Below are positions 22,389 to 33,318 of a DNA stretch of 64,000 nt, piece after piece. Numbering within the stretch: position 1 is the first letter of the stretch; every line of letters begins with the position of its first letter. Origin of the DNA: an uncultured Gemmatimonadales bacterium (lineage in GTDB: Bacteria > Gemmatimonadota > Gemmatimonadetes > Gemmatimonadales > GWC2-71-9); the NCBI GenBank assembly GCA_963821525.1, contig CAWGED010000005.1, positions 896,001-960,000 of the forward strand. Direction: 5' to 3'. Below the pieces are notes generated by a model. That model ran no database searches. It worked only from the letters and a program-made list of their open reading frames with translations, and was not told the DNA's origin. The translations under genes were made by a program, and so were the position numbers.

Positions 22389-23527
22389 ACGAGCTGCGCT
22401 GGGAGACTCGACTGCTGGCCGTAGTGGCCGCGACCCTCGTGGTCTTCGGAATCGCGATGACCTACGGCGCCTCCAGTCTGGTGCGGACGAAGGATGGGGG
22501 TGTCGCGGGCGGTGCCTTCGCCCTTACCCAGCTCACCGGCGCACTCCTGGGCGGCGTGCTCATGGTGACGATCGCACGGATCGACTACCGCCGGCTGCGC
22601 CCTCTGGCCTGGCCGCTCCTGCTGGTGACGATCTTCTTCCTCTTCATCCCGATTCTCCCCTTCACTCGGAGCATTTCCCCGGTCATCAACGGCGCTCGCC
22701 GCTGGGTCCAGCTTGGCCCGATCAACTTCCAGCCCTCGGAGCTGGCCCGACTGGCGGTGATCCTCTGGTGCGCCATGCTGGCCGCGAAGAAGGGAGAGCA
22801 GGTGCGGCAGTTCAAGAAGGGTGTCTTGCCCTTCGTCGTGGTGCTGGGTTTCGTCTCGCTCCTGATCGTGCTGCAGCCCAACCTCTCGATGGCGACCCTC
22901 GTAGCCCTGCTGGGCGGTATCGTGCTGTTCACCGCCGGCGCCAAGATCGGGCACTTCCTGGTGCTGGGGTTCGTCGCGGTGCTCCTCGTCTTTCAGAAGA
23001 TCCATGACGCGCAGTATCGCCTGGCGCGGTTTACCGCGTTCATGAGCTCGGGCGATTCCCCGGACGCCGCGACCAGTCAGATCCACCAGTCCTTCGTCGG
23101 CATCGGGTCGGGCGGGCTCTTCGGGGTCGGATTCGGCCAGGGCCAGCAGGGATTCGGGTATCTCCCCTACGCCTATTCCGATTTCATCTTCAGCTCGATT
23201 GGGGAGGAGTGGGGGTTCATCGGCGTTGTGCTGATCGTGCTGCTGTTTGCCTTGTTCTGCTGGCTCGGATTCCGGATCGCTCGCACCGCCGAGGACCCCT
23301 TCGGTCAGTATCTCGCGACCGGGCTCACCGCCGCGGTTGGACTCACCGCGTTCATGCACATGGCGGTGACACTGGGCTTGATGCCGACGACGGGCCTCAC
23401 GCTCCCCTTCATCTCCTATGGGCGCTCGAGTCTCGTCGTGACTCTGATGGGCACCGGGATCCTGCTCAGCGTCGGGAGAATGCGGGGGAAGCCGGCTCGA
23501 CGTGAGAACGTGAGCAGTAAGCGGTGA
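22385..23527 (+). CDS. ftsW: SEDS peptidoglycan glycosyltransferase
   Basis: NGARRW, FQPSE, GSGGLFGVGFG, SDFIFSSIGEEWG, PTTGLTLPFISYG. Confidence 0.95.
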   Translation: MNELRWETRLLAVVAATLVVFGIAMTYGASSLVRTKDGGVAGGAFALTQLTGALLGGVLMVTIARIDYRRLRPLAWPLLLVTIFFLFIPILPFTRSISPVINGARRWVQLGPINFQPSELARLAVILWCAMLAAKKGEQVRQFKKGVLPFVVVLGFVSLLIVLQPNLSMATLVALLGGIVLFTAGAKIGHFLVLGFVAVLLVFQKIHDAQYRLARFTAFMSSGDSPDAATSQIHQSFVGIGSGGLFGVGFGQGQQGFGYLPYAYSDFIFSSIGEEWGFIGVVLIVLLFALFCWLGFRIARTAEDPFGQYLATGLTAAVGLTAFMHMAVTLGLMPTTGLTLPFISYGRSSLVVTLMGTGILLSVGRMRGKPARRENVSSKR

Positions 23528-24637
23528 GCGGTGAGCGGGCCGAGACCAAGAAGCCCACTATCCTCATCGCGGGCGGCGGTACCGGCGGACACCTCATGCC
23601 GGCTCTCGCGATCGCCGAAGAGCTGCGACGGAGACGGCCGGATCTGGAGCCGGTCCTCCTGGGCGCCCAACGCGGGCTCGAGGCGACGCTCCTCCCCCAA
23701 CGAACCTTCCGTTACCACCTCCTCCCAGTCGAACCGATCTACCGGCGCCAGTGGTGGAAGAATTTCCGCTGGCCTCTGATCGCGCTGAATCTGAGGCGGG
23801 AACTCATCACGCTGTTCGAAACCGAGCAGCCGGTCGCCGTCATCGGGACCGGCGGCTATGCCTCGGGTCCCTGCGTCTGGTTCGCGGCACGGCAGAGGAA
23901 TCCCCACCGCCATTCAAGAACAGAACGCATTCCCGGGGATTGCCACTCGGCAGTTGAGCCGGATGGTCCGTCACGTCTACCTGGGTCTACCGGAAGCGCG
24001 GGCAAAGCTGAAGCTCGGACGGGAGACCCAGGTCTTCGACACCGGCAATCCCATCATTCCACCCGATCCTTCCCGCCGGGAGGCCGCCGCGGCTCGACTC
24101 GGCGTGGTCGGGGAAAAGCCGGTCCTGCTCATTACGGGAGGTAGTCAGGGGTCGCTCGCCATCAACGAAACGGTCGCGGCGTGGATCGAAAGCGGGGCCG
24201 CGAAAGACATGGTGGTGCTGTGGGCGACGGGGAAGGGCAGCTATCAACAGTTCGCTTCGCTCCAACAACCTCCCGCAGTGAAAGTTTTCGATTTCCTCGA
24301 TCCGATGGCCGATGCCTACTCGGTTGCCGATCTCGTCGTGGCGCGGGCGGGTATGATGACCGGTGCGGAACTCTGCGCCTGGGGACTGCCGTCGATTCTG
24401 ATTCCGCTCCCCAGTGCGGCGGCGGACCACCAGACCAAGAACGCGGAGGCTCTCGCGGCCGCTGGGGCCGCGAAGATGCTGCTTCAGCGGGACCTCACCG
24501 TGGCGTCCTTTGCCCAATCTGTGGGTAGCTTGCTGCACGACCCAACCCGCCGACTCGAGATGGGGCGAGCCGCTCTGGCTCGCGGGAAACCCCAGGCTCT
24601 GGAGTCGATTCTGTCACATCTTTTGACGCTTTTTTGA
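23524..24637 (+). CDS. murG: Lipid II GlcNAc transferase (frameshift ~23890)
   Basis: AGGGTGGH, GTGGYAS, QEQN, GGSQG, ARAG, HQTKNA. Confidence 0.95.
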
Positions 24638-24689
24638 GTCGGCCGGGCTTTCGCAAATGCTGAACTGATTTTACATTAGCTATCCAACC

Positions 24690-26064
24690 ATGGATTTGTT
24701 CGACCCCAGCAATCCTCGTCCCGTCCATTTTATGGGTATCGGTGGTGCCGGCATGAGCGCTTTGGCGCTTGTGGCGCGCCGCCGAGGGGTTTTGGTCACC
24801 GGCTGTGACCCCGATCCGAGCGGTGCCGCCGATGTGGCGGCACTCGGCGCCGACGTCTTCTCCGGCCACGATCCGAAACACGTCGAGGGTGCGCGAGCCG
24901 TCGTGGTGACGGCGGCGGTCGCAACTGACCACCCCGAACTGGCCCGGGCACACGCACTGGGAGTGCCGGTAGTCCCCCGGAAGAAGGCTTTGGCCGACTT
25001 GGTAAGCGGCGGCACGGTGGTCGGGATCTCGGGAACCCACGGGAAGTCCACAACGACCGTCATGACCACCGAGGCGTTAACCGCTGCGGGCCTGGCCCCG
25101 ACCGGAATCGCCGGGGGCCGAGTGAATGAGTGGGGAGGTAACGCGAGGCCGGGAGGAGACCGGCTTTTCGTTGTGGAATCCGACGAGTACGACCAGGCTT
25201 TCCTCGCCCTTACCCCTTCGGTGGCCGTGGTCAACAACGTCGAGGCCGATCACCTCGAATGCTACGGATCGCTCGAGGCCCTGGAGCAGGCGTTCGTGAC
25301 CTTCGCGGGGCGCGGCGGGCCGGATCCTGATCGGTGCCGACGATCCCGGTGCGGGTCGTGTCGCGGCGCAGCTTCCTCCAGAACGGGTCTGGCGCTTTGG
25401 GCTGGGGACGGCGGACCTGAGGCTCTCAGCGATCGAACAGAGTCCGACGGGGAGCCGCGCTTCGCTGAGTCTTCCGGACCGAGAGGCGGTCACCCTGAGG
25501 CTGCAGGTTCCCGGAGTCCACAACCTGCGCAACGCTGCCGCGGCAGTCGGTGTGGTCGTGGCGCTCGGCGGAAAGGTGGAACCGGCGCTGGAGGCGTTGG
25601 CTCGGTATCGCGGATTGGGTCGCCGGTTCGAGCGATTGGGAGAGGTGCGGGGAATCGCGGTGGTAGACGACTACGCCCACCATCCTTCCGAACTGGAGGC
25701 TACTCTCGCCGCCGCACGGCAGGCCTTTCCGGGCCGCCGGCTCCTGGCGGTGTTCCAGCCTCATCTCTACTCCCGGACGGCGCAGCACGGAGTGGCCATG
25801 GGCCGAGCCCTGGCCGCGGCCGACCTGGTGATTGTGACCTCGATCTACCCGGCTCGCGAGCAACCGATTCCCGGCGTAACCGCCGCTGCGGTTGCCGACG
25901 CGGCGCGGGACGCAGGGGCCCAGGTGATCTACGAGCCAGATCGGGAGCGGATCGGTGAACGGATCCACGAGATTGTTCGCGAGGGTGATGTCGTCATCAC
26001 CCTTGGCGCCGGCGATATCACCCGGGTCGGGCGGGAACTCGCCCAGTGGCTGAACGCCGCCTGA
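24690..26064 (+). CDS. murC: UDP-MurNAc-L-alanine ligase (frameshift ~25310)
   Basis: HFMGIGGAGMS, GTHGKSTTT, ESDEYD, DDYAHHP, FQPHLYSRT, LGAGD. Confidence 0.95.
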
Positions 26065-26737
26065 AACCCGGCTGGAAAATCCTCGGCGCGCTGGTTCTGG
26101 GCGTGGTGCTGTGGCTCGCGCTGCCACCGCTTCTCGGCGGGCTGGAGTTCTTCCGCATCCGGCAGGTCGAGGTTCGCGGTCTCAAGAACCTCGAGGCCTC
26201 GACGGTGATCAAGGCGCTCAAGCTGCCTTCCCGGGCTAGCGTGTTCGACCGGGTAGGTCCGATCGAGCAGAGGGTGCAGGCGATGCCCGGGAGTCAGTCC
26301 ATGCCGAGGTGAGCCGCCGCCCGCCAGGCACGCTGCGGGTCACGGTGGAGGAGGCCGTCCCGGTCGCGCTGGTCCCGAGCAGCAACCGGCTCAAGGCAGT
26401 GGACGCCACCGGAAAGGTGTTGCCCTTCGACGCGACCGTCGGTGCCGAGGATTTGCCGCTGATCCGGCAGCCCGATTCGCTGGTGACCCGGTTTCTCGCC
26501 AAGCTGCAGGAGGTGGATGCGACGCTGTACGGCCGCGTGGTCGCCGGCTGGCGGGTGCAAAGGGACGTGGTGATCCAGGTAGACAACCAACGATACTGGT
26601 TCCGGCCAGATGCTACGGCGGAGGCGATTCGGGCGGTGACGGCTGTGGCGCAGGATCTGACGCGTAAAGGGCGGGCGTTCGCGGAGCTGGATGGGCGCTT
26701 CGCGGGATACGTCGTCGTCCGCTGGAAGGCTGCGTGA
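26046..26737 (+). CDS. ftsQ: Cell division protein FtsQ (frameshift ~26290)
   Basis: TM helix, then POTRA-like FRIRQVEVRG...RRPPGTLRVTVEE, C-terminal ELDGRFAGYVVVR. Position before ftsA. Confidence 0.8.
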
Positions 26738-27987
26738 GCGGACCCCAGCAGCGGTTGGTTGCGGCGGTGGATCTGGGAACCACGAAAGTGGCCGCCGTCA
26801 TCGCCGAGGTCTCGGGCGACGCCCCGCATCCCAATGCCCGGATCCTTGGCGTCGGGGTGGAACGGAGCGCAGGCGTGCGCCGCGGGGTGGTGCGAGATAT
26901 CGAAGCGAGCACCCGCGCCATCTCGAAGGCCATGCACGACGCGGAGCGGATGGCCGGCGTCGAGGTCGGCACGGTGTACTGCGGGCTGGCGGGAGAGCAC
27001 GTGGCGGGGCAGAACTCGAGCGGTGTCGTGTCCGTCACCGGCGGAGAAATTCGCACTGGTGATGTCGCCCGGGTGAACGATGTAGCGAGCAGCGTCCCGC
27101 TCGGGCGGGAGCACGAGCTGCTGCACGCGATCCCGCAGGACTACCTGGTGGATCTCCAGCCCGGCATCAGCGAGCCGATCGGGATGACTGGCTCCCGGCT
27201 CGACGCCCAGGTCTACCTGGTCACCGTCCTCTCGAGCGTCCCGCAGAATCTCCGGAAGTGCGTCGAGGGAGCAGGGTACCACGTCGCCGAATTCGTGCTG
27301 GAGCCGCTGGCTGCCTCGCTCGCGGTGCTGACGCCGGATGAGCGGGAACTGGGAACCGCACTGGTCGAGCTGGGAGGCGGGTCCACCAACGTTGCTATCT
27401 TTCACGGCGGAAAGATCCGGCACACCGGGTCGCTGCCGTTCGCCGGGGGGCATGTCACCAACGACATCGTTCACGGGCTGCAGGTCACCCAGCAGGATGC
27501 GGAGAAGCTCAAGCAGCGGCACGGTGCGGCCTACGAACCGCTGGTTCCCGAAAGCGATGTCATCGAGCTGCCGAGTACGCCGGGGCAGGGAAGCCGCAGC
27601 GCCCACCGGCGAGTCCTCGCGCACATCATGCACGCGCGCATTCAGGAAATGCTGGAGTTCGCCAACGACGAGATCGCCCGGGCCGGCTACCAGCAGCGGT
27701 TGCCTGCGGGCGTGGTGCTGACGGGTGGCGGTGCGCTGGTTCCGGGCGTGGTGGAGCTGGGTCGCGAGGTCTTCGCGATGCCGGTGCGTATAGGGGTGCC
27801 GGGTCAGGGGCTGACCGGCCTTACCGACAGCGTCGAGTCTCCCCGGTTCGCGGTGCCCGCCGGGCTCGCGCTCTACGGGGCCAAGCAGTTGTTGCAGGGA
27901 AGCGCCTTCGGAGCGGGCGGCCGGAGGTCGCAGTCGATCGAGAAGTGGGTCACACCGGTGAAACGCTGGCTCCAGGACTTTTTCTGA
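26734..27987 (+). CDS. ftsA: Cell division protein FtsA
   Basis: AVDLGTTKV, LVELGGGST, GVVLTGGG, C-terminal amphipathic KRWLQDFF. Confidence 0.96.
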   Translation: MSGPQQRLVAAVDLGTTKVAAVIAEVSGDAPHPNARILGVGVERSAGVRRGVVRDIEASTRAISKAMHDAERMAGVEVGTVYCGLAGEHVAGQNSSGVVSVTGGEIRTGDVARVNDVASSVPLGREHELLHAIPQDYLVDLQPGISEPIGMTGSRLDAQVYLVTVLSSVPQNLRKCVEGAGYHVAEFVLEPLAASLAVLTPDERELGTALVELGGGSTNVAIFHGGKIRHTGSLPFAGGHVTNDIVHGLQVTQQDAEKLKQRHGAAYEPLVPESDVIELPSTPGQGSRSAHRRVLAHIMHARIQEMLEFANDEIARAGYQQRLPAGVVLTGGGALVPGVVELGREVFAMPVRIGVPGQGLTGLTDSVESPRFAVPAGLALYGAKQLLQGSAFGAGGRRSQSIEKWVTPVKRWLQDFF

Positions 27988-28009
27988 GGTGGGCCGTATG
28001 GGACATCCC

Positions 28010-29172
28010 ATGATCTTCGAGCTGGAAGATTCCGGAGCGCAGAGCGCGCGGATGAAGGTGATCGGCGTTGGCGGCGGTGGAGGCAATGCCGTCAATCGCA
28101 TGATCGAGGAGCAGCTCCGCGGAGTGGACTTCGTCTCGGTCAACACCGACTCGCAGGCGCTGTCCGCCTCGAAGTCGGATGTGAAGATCCAGATCGGGAG
28201 GAAGCTCACCAAGGGACTGGGCGCCGGCGCCCGGCCCGAAATCGGGCGACAAGCCATCGAGGAGAACCGCGAGGAAGTGCTCGGGGTGCTCGACGGCTGC
28301 GACCTGGTCTTCATCACCTGCGGAATGGGAGGCGGCACCGGTACGGGCGCCGCACCCATCATCGCCCAAATGGCACGAGACCTCGGCGCCCTCGCCGTCG
28401 GCATCGTGACCAAGCCCTTCCTGTTCGAGGGCAAGAAGCGAATGAAGCAGGCCGAGATGGGCATCGCCGACATGCGCAAGAGTGTCGACACGATGATCGT
28501 GGTGCCCAACGAACGGCTCCTGGCCGTGGTCGGGAAGGGGATTCCCTTCCAGGACTCGCTCAAGAAAGCCGATGAGGTCCTGCTTCAGGCGACTCAGGGC
28601 ATCGCCGACCTCATCACCCGCACCGGCATCATCAACGTCGACTTCGCCGACGTCCGGACCATCATGCAGAACGGTGGCGCGGCGCTCATGGGCACCGGTA
28701 TCGGCCGGGGAGAGAACCGGGCGATGGAAGCGGCCCAGCAGGCCATTTCCAGCCCGCTGCTGGACAACGTCTCGATCGCCGGGGCCTACGGGGTCCTGAT
28801 CAACGTCACCGGCGGGAACGACCTGACCCTTGCGGAAGTGACGCATATAGGCGAAATCGTCCAGGATGCGGCGGGGGAGGAAGCCGAGACCATCTTCGGC
28901 GCCACCAACGATCCGGCGATGGCAGGCGAGATTCGGGTAACGGTGATCGCCACCGGGTTCGACCGCGCGGAACAGGCCGCCCCGGTAGCGACCGGACCTG
29001 GCAACAAGCCGGCCTCGGGGGTCATCAACTTCCCGACTGGCAAGCGTCTCACGACGCCACCTCCGCCGCCGCAGGCAGCACCGCCCAAGCCCGAGGCGCG
29101 GCGTCCGCCGGAGCGTCTCCCGAGGTGCCCGAGATGGAGATTCCGACGTTTATTCGGAGGCAGATGGATTAG
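28010..29172 (+). CDS. ftsZ: Cell division protein FtsZ (frameshift near C-terminus)
   Basis: GVGGGGGN, GMGGGTGTG tubulin signature, INVDFAD. Conserved tail EMEIPTFIRRQMD* lies in another frame and ends at 29172. Confidence 0.97.
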
Positions 29173-29255
29173 GTGATAGGTAGTAGGAGTAGGAGTAGGG
29201 TGTAGGGGGGCGGCCACTTTGCGGGCACCACCTACACCTACCCACTATCCCCGAC
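29170..29255. repeat. Inverted pair of 6-mer arrays (GTAGGA-like / CCTACA-like)
   Basis: taggtagtaggagtaggagtagggtgtaggg ... ccacctacacctacccactatccc between ftsZ and the M23 gene. Confidence 0.6.
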
Positions 29256-29278
29256 TCCCTCGTCCACCCGACCCTCGC

Positions 29279-30532
29279 ATGACCACCATGCCCCGCCTCC
29301 GCTTCCTCCTCGCCCTGGCCGTGCTCGTCGCCGCCGCCGTCTTCACGGCGCGGGACCAGTGGCCGTGGCCGCGGCCGGTCATGCAGGCGCCGGCGGTGGT
29401 GGCGGACATCTTCACCGAAACACTTGATACCCTCCGTCTCGGCGAGACCGTATCCGAGCTGTTCTCACGACAGGGTGTGAAGAGATTCATGCTTGCGAGC
29501 GAGGTCGATCGCTCCGTATTCGACCTCCGGCGGCTGCGGGCCGGATTGGTCTTCAACTTCCGGCGGAAGCTCACCGATAGCCTGCCGTCGCAGGTGGTCG
29601 TGCGCACCGGACCGGAGCAGAAGGTGAATTTGCAGCTCGTCGCCGACGGCTGGAGGGCGGTGGCCGAGCCGATTGTATGGCAGTCCGAAATGTTCGCTCT
29701 CGAAGGCCCGATCGATAACTCGCTGTACGAAGCGCTCGATTCGGATATCGCCGACACGCTGCTCGACGGAGGAGACCGGGTAGCGCTCGCGTGGGACCTC
29801 GCCGACATCTATGCCTGGCAGGTCGATTTTTCTCGCGATATCCGCCCCGGCGATCACTTCCGGATCCTGGTCGAGCGGCTGGTGTCTCCCGAGGGAGAGA
29901 CCCGGTTCGGAAAAGTGGTGGCCGGAGATCTCACCGTCGGTGGCCAGGCCTACTCGGCCTACTGGTTTGCCGCCGCCGATGGCAGAGTCGGTTACTACGA
30001 CGCATCGGGCCGCAGCCTGCGACGCGCTTTTCTCCGGGCGCCTCTCCAGTTCCGCCGGATTTCTTCCCGGCTGAGCAGCGCTCGACGGCATCCGATTCTC
30101 GGCACCGTACGGCGTCATGAGGGCACCGACTACGCCGCGGATCCGGGCACTCCGGTGATGGCAGCGGGCGACGGGATGATCACTCAGATGGGATGGTCCG
30201 GCGGCTACGGCAACCTGGTCGAGGTCCGCCATCCGAACAGCGTCACCACCCGGTACGGACATCTGCAGGGTTTCAAGCGAGGCCTGCAAGTCGGGCAGCG
30301 GGTGAACCAGGGGGACGTGCTCGGCTATGTAGGCTCCACCGGTCTCGCGACAGGGCCCCATCTCCACTATGAGTTCCGGGTTTCCGGTGTCTCCCGCGAT
30401 CCCGCGCGGGTGGACTTCGGTTCCGGAGAGCCGGTTCCTCCTGCTTCGCGCGCTGCGTTCGAACAGGAGCGGGCCCGCTTGAACGCCCTTCTCCACCCAG
30501 TGCCCAATCCCGCCATCGCGGTAGCGCGCTGA
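29279..30532 (+). CDS. M23 family peptidoglycan DD-metalloendopeptidase (MepM-like)
   Basis: N-terminal TM/signal, RHPILG...HEGTDYAA, YGHL, STGLATGPHLHYEF. Confidence 0.92.
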   Translation: MTTMPRLRFLLALAVLVAAAVFTARDQWPWPRPVMQAPAVVADIFTETLDTLRLGETVSELFSRQGVKRFMLASEVDRSVFDLRRLRAGLVFNFRRKLTDSLPSQVVVRTGPEQKVNLQLVADGWRAVAEPIVWQSEMFALEGPIDNSLYEALDSDIADTLLDGGDRVALAWDLADIYAWQVDFSRDIRPGDHFRILVERLVSPEGETRFGKVVAGDLTVGGQAYSAYWFAAADGRVGYYDASGRSLRRAFLRAPLQFRRISSRLSSARRHPILGTVRRHEGTDYAADPGTPVMAAGDGMITQMGWSGGYGNLVEVRHPNSVTTRYGHLQGFKRGLQVGQRVNQGDVLGYVGSTGLATGPHLHYEFRVSGVSRDPARVDFGSGEPVPPASRAAFEQERARLNALLHPVPNPAIAVAR

Positions 30533-30571
30533 ATCGCGGGCAACTCCCGCGCTACTCCCTCGGCAGTTTCA

Positions 30572-31286
30572 GTGGATCTCCTCCCAGCAATCGATATTCG
30601 CGCCGGCCGCGTCGTCCGTCTGAGCCAGGGCGAGGCATCCAGCAGTGTCACCTACGGCGACGATCCGGTTGCCCAGGCCGAGGCTTTCATAGCGGCCGGG
30701 GTCGAGCTGGATCCATGTGGTGGACCTCGATCGCGCCTTCGGGAAGGGAGACAACACCGCAGTGGTGCACGGGCTCACCGCGAAGCTCGGGCACCGCGTG
30801 AAGCTTGAGGTGAGCGGCGGCCTGCGATCCCGGGAAGCGGTGCGAGCCGTGTTGGACGCGGGGGCTACCAGGGTCGTGGTCAGTACGGCGGCAATAACAT
30901 CCCCGTCGTTCCTTCCCGATTTGATCGGGGAGGTGGGCGCCGAGGCGATCGCGATCGGCCTCGATGGCCGGCGCGGCATCGTCGCGATTCGGGGATGGAC
31001 GGAATCGACGGGGGAGAAAGTTGAAGACGTGGCCCGCCGCGTCATTGCCGACGGCGCGCGGACGATCATCTACACCGATGTGGAGCGGGATGGAATGCTG
31101 AATGGCCCCGACATCGCGGGAGCGGTCGAGCTTCAGCGGCTGGGTGCGCAGGTCGTAGCGAGCGGTGGCGTCTCGAAACTCGACGACCTTCGTGCCGTCA
31201 GGGCGGCAGGGCTCGCCGGCGCCATCGTCGGGCGCGCCATCTACGAGAACCGCTTCACCGTCGCGGAGGCGTTGGCATGCTGTTGA
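30572..31286 (+). CDS. hisA: ProFAR isomerase (frameshift ~30700)
   Basis: LLPAIDIRAGRVVRLSQG, HVVDLD, GGLRS, YTDVERDGMLNGP, SGGV, GAIVGRAIY. Confidence 0.9.
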
Positions 31287-31296
31287 GCGGGGAGCA

Positions 31297-33097
31297 ATGA
31301 CCTTCGCGCTAGTCATCCTGGTGGCAATAGCGCTCGCGGGGCTCACCTACCTGTGGCTCGAGCGCGTGGGGACCAAGGCCTGGCCTGCCATCGCCTGCCG
31401 TGCGGTCGCATGGGCAGCGCTGGGCGTCCTCCTGGTGAACCTGACCTGTGCGCTACCCGCTTCGTCGCTCAAGCCGATGGTGCTCTTCGATGGAAGCCTC
31501 AGCATGGGCGGGGCGGGAGGGCGCTGGCGCGAGGCGCTCGACACCGCAAAGACGCTGGGCGACGTCCGCTGGTTCGGCGATGAAGCTGGCGCGCCCGACA
31601 CGATGCCCTCGGCCGGGCGATCGTTGCTGGGCCCGGCCCTGGTGGCCGCCGCCGCGTCGGGACGCCCGATCATCGTCGTGAGCGACGGCGAAGTGGAGGA
31701 CGTGAGCGACGTCCCGCCTGAGCTGCTTTCGCGAGTAGGAGTTCGGACCTTTCCTCGCCAGCCGGCGAACGATATCGCGCTCACTCGAGTGACCGGCCCG
31801 GCGCTCGCCGACGGTTGGAGATACCGTCACGGTCGGCGTAGAGGTCCAGGTATTCGGAACGGCACCGCGTGACAGCCTCACCCTTGAACTCCGCACCGGA
31901 CGCCAGGTCCTGCTCCGTCGCCGCATCGGCGCCTCGACGGGTGGCGTGATTGATCGTTCGTTCAGTCTCCCCACGACCGGACTGTCGGGCGGAGACCACG
32001 TGATCGAGGCCCGCCTGGTCAACCTCAACGACGCCGAGCCGCGGGATGACTCTCGGCTCTGGTTGCTGCGCATCGCCCCGACCCCGGGCGTGGTCCTTAT
32101 TGCGAGCCCGGGAGACTGGGATGCCCGGTTTCTCTATCGCTCCATTCGAGATGTCGCGCAGCTCCCGGTTCGCGGCTACGTCCGGCTCGAGGCGGGAAGC
32201 TGGCGGGCCATGGAAACCCTGGCCCCGGCCTCGAGCGAAGATGTGGCGCAGAGCGCCAGGCGCGCCGACCTGCTGGTCATCAAGGGAAGCGCCCCGGAGT
32301 TGATGCGAAACAGCCGGGCGCGCGGAATGTGGCTCTGGCCCAGCGGAGAAACCGGTGAGGCCATGATAGCCGCCGACTGGTACGTGTCGGCGGGCGTCGC
32401 ATCGCCTATCGCAGGAGCGCTGGTCGGACTGCCGGTGGATTCGTTCCCTCCGTTGAGCGCAATCACTCCGATCGAGCCGGGCCCCGCCGACTGGGTTGCA
32501 CTCACGGTTCAGGAGAGCCGCCGTGGAGCCGAGCGGCCGGTGTTCACCGGCAGTCAAACCGGATCAACCCGGCGAGTGCTGACGGCGGCAGACGGGCTTT
32601 GGCGCTGGGCGTTCCGCGGCGGGTCGAGCGAGCAGGGCTACCGCTCACTCGTCGCAGCGACGGTGAGCTGGCTCCTCGGCGCCGCCGATTCGACCGGCGC
32701 TAAGGCGAAGCCGGTGCGCACCGTTGTAGCCAACGCGCGGCCGCTCGTGTTCGAGTGGAGCGGCGCCGGAGGCCCTCAGCCACTCGCGGTGCAGTTCAGC
32801 GACTCGGCAGGGCAACGCAGCGACACCCTGCGGTTCGATGGCTCCGGACACGCGGAAGTCAGACTCCCCGTCGGTACCTACCACTACAGGCTCGAGGGCT
32901 CGGGCGAAGGCACCGTCGCCGTGGAGCAGTACTCCGACGAATGGTTGCCCCGGACCGTCGCCCTCCAGGAGCACCCGGTCTCGGGGAAATCGGCCAACGC
33001 TTCCACCAGTGCTCGCCAATGGCTGTGGTTGTTCGGCCTCTGCATCACGGGGCTGGCGGGAGAGTGGTGGACGAGGCGGAGGTTGGGGTTGAGGTAA
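31297..33097 (+). CDS. Hypothetical membrane-anchored protein (VWA-like N-terminus; frameshift ~31810)
   Basis: Two N-terminal TMs, LFDGSLSM and VVSDGE (MIDAS-like), GLWRW, C-terminal TM ending EWWTRRRLGLR. Confidence 0.65.
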
Positions 33098-33100
33098 TCA

Positions 33101-33296
33101 GGGAGACGGGAGACGGAAGACGGGAGAGGTGAGACGGGGCGAAGCGTGACACCTCATCCCGAGGAGGAGACGAGGGACCTAACCTCCCGACTTTGGCGCC
33201 AAGGTCAGGATAGTAGGCTCCTCTCGCTCCGCTCTGGCTGCGGTAGTCCTTCTCAGCTTCTCACTTCTGTACTCCCGTCTCCCGTCTCCCATCTCC
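33101..33296. repeat. Inverted GGGAGAC heptamer arrays enclosing a nested palindrome
   Basis: gggagac-gggagac-ggaagac-gggagag (33101-33128) and ctcccgtctcccgtctcccatctcc (33272-33296). Central tcccgactttggc/gccaaggtcagga. Confidence 0.85.
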
Positions 33297-33318
33297 AACC
33301 CGCTTAGATTTGCGCACC

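Noticed and set aside
24640..24690. Internal promoter before murC (TTCGCA-16 nt-TACATT)
   Set aside because: The region is AT-rich and plausible, but the match is too weak to call without start-site data.
13899..29172. Pseudogenisation or programmed frameshifting of cell-wall genes
   Set aside because: Indels are scattered across all gene classes and catalytic motifs are preserved, so sequencing error is more likely.
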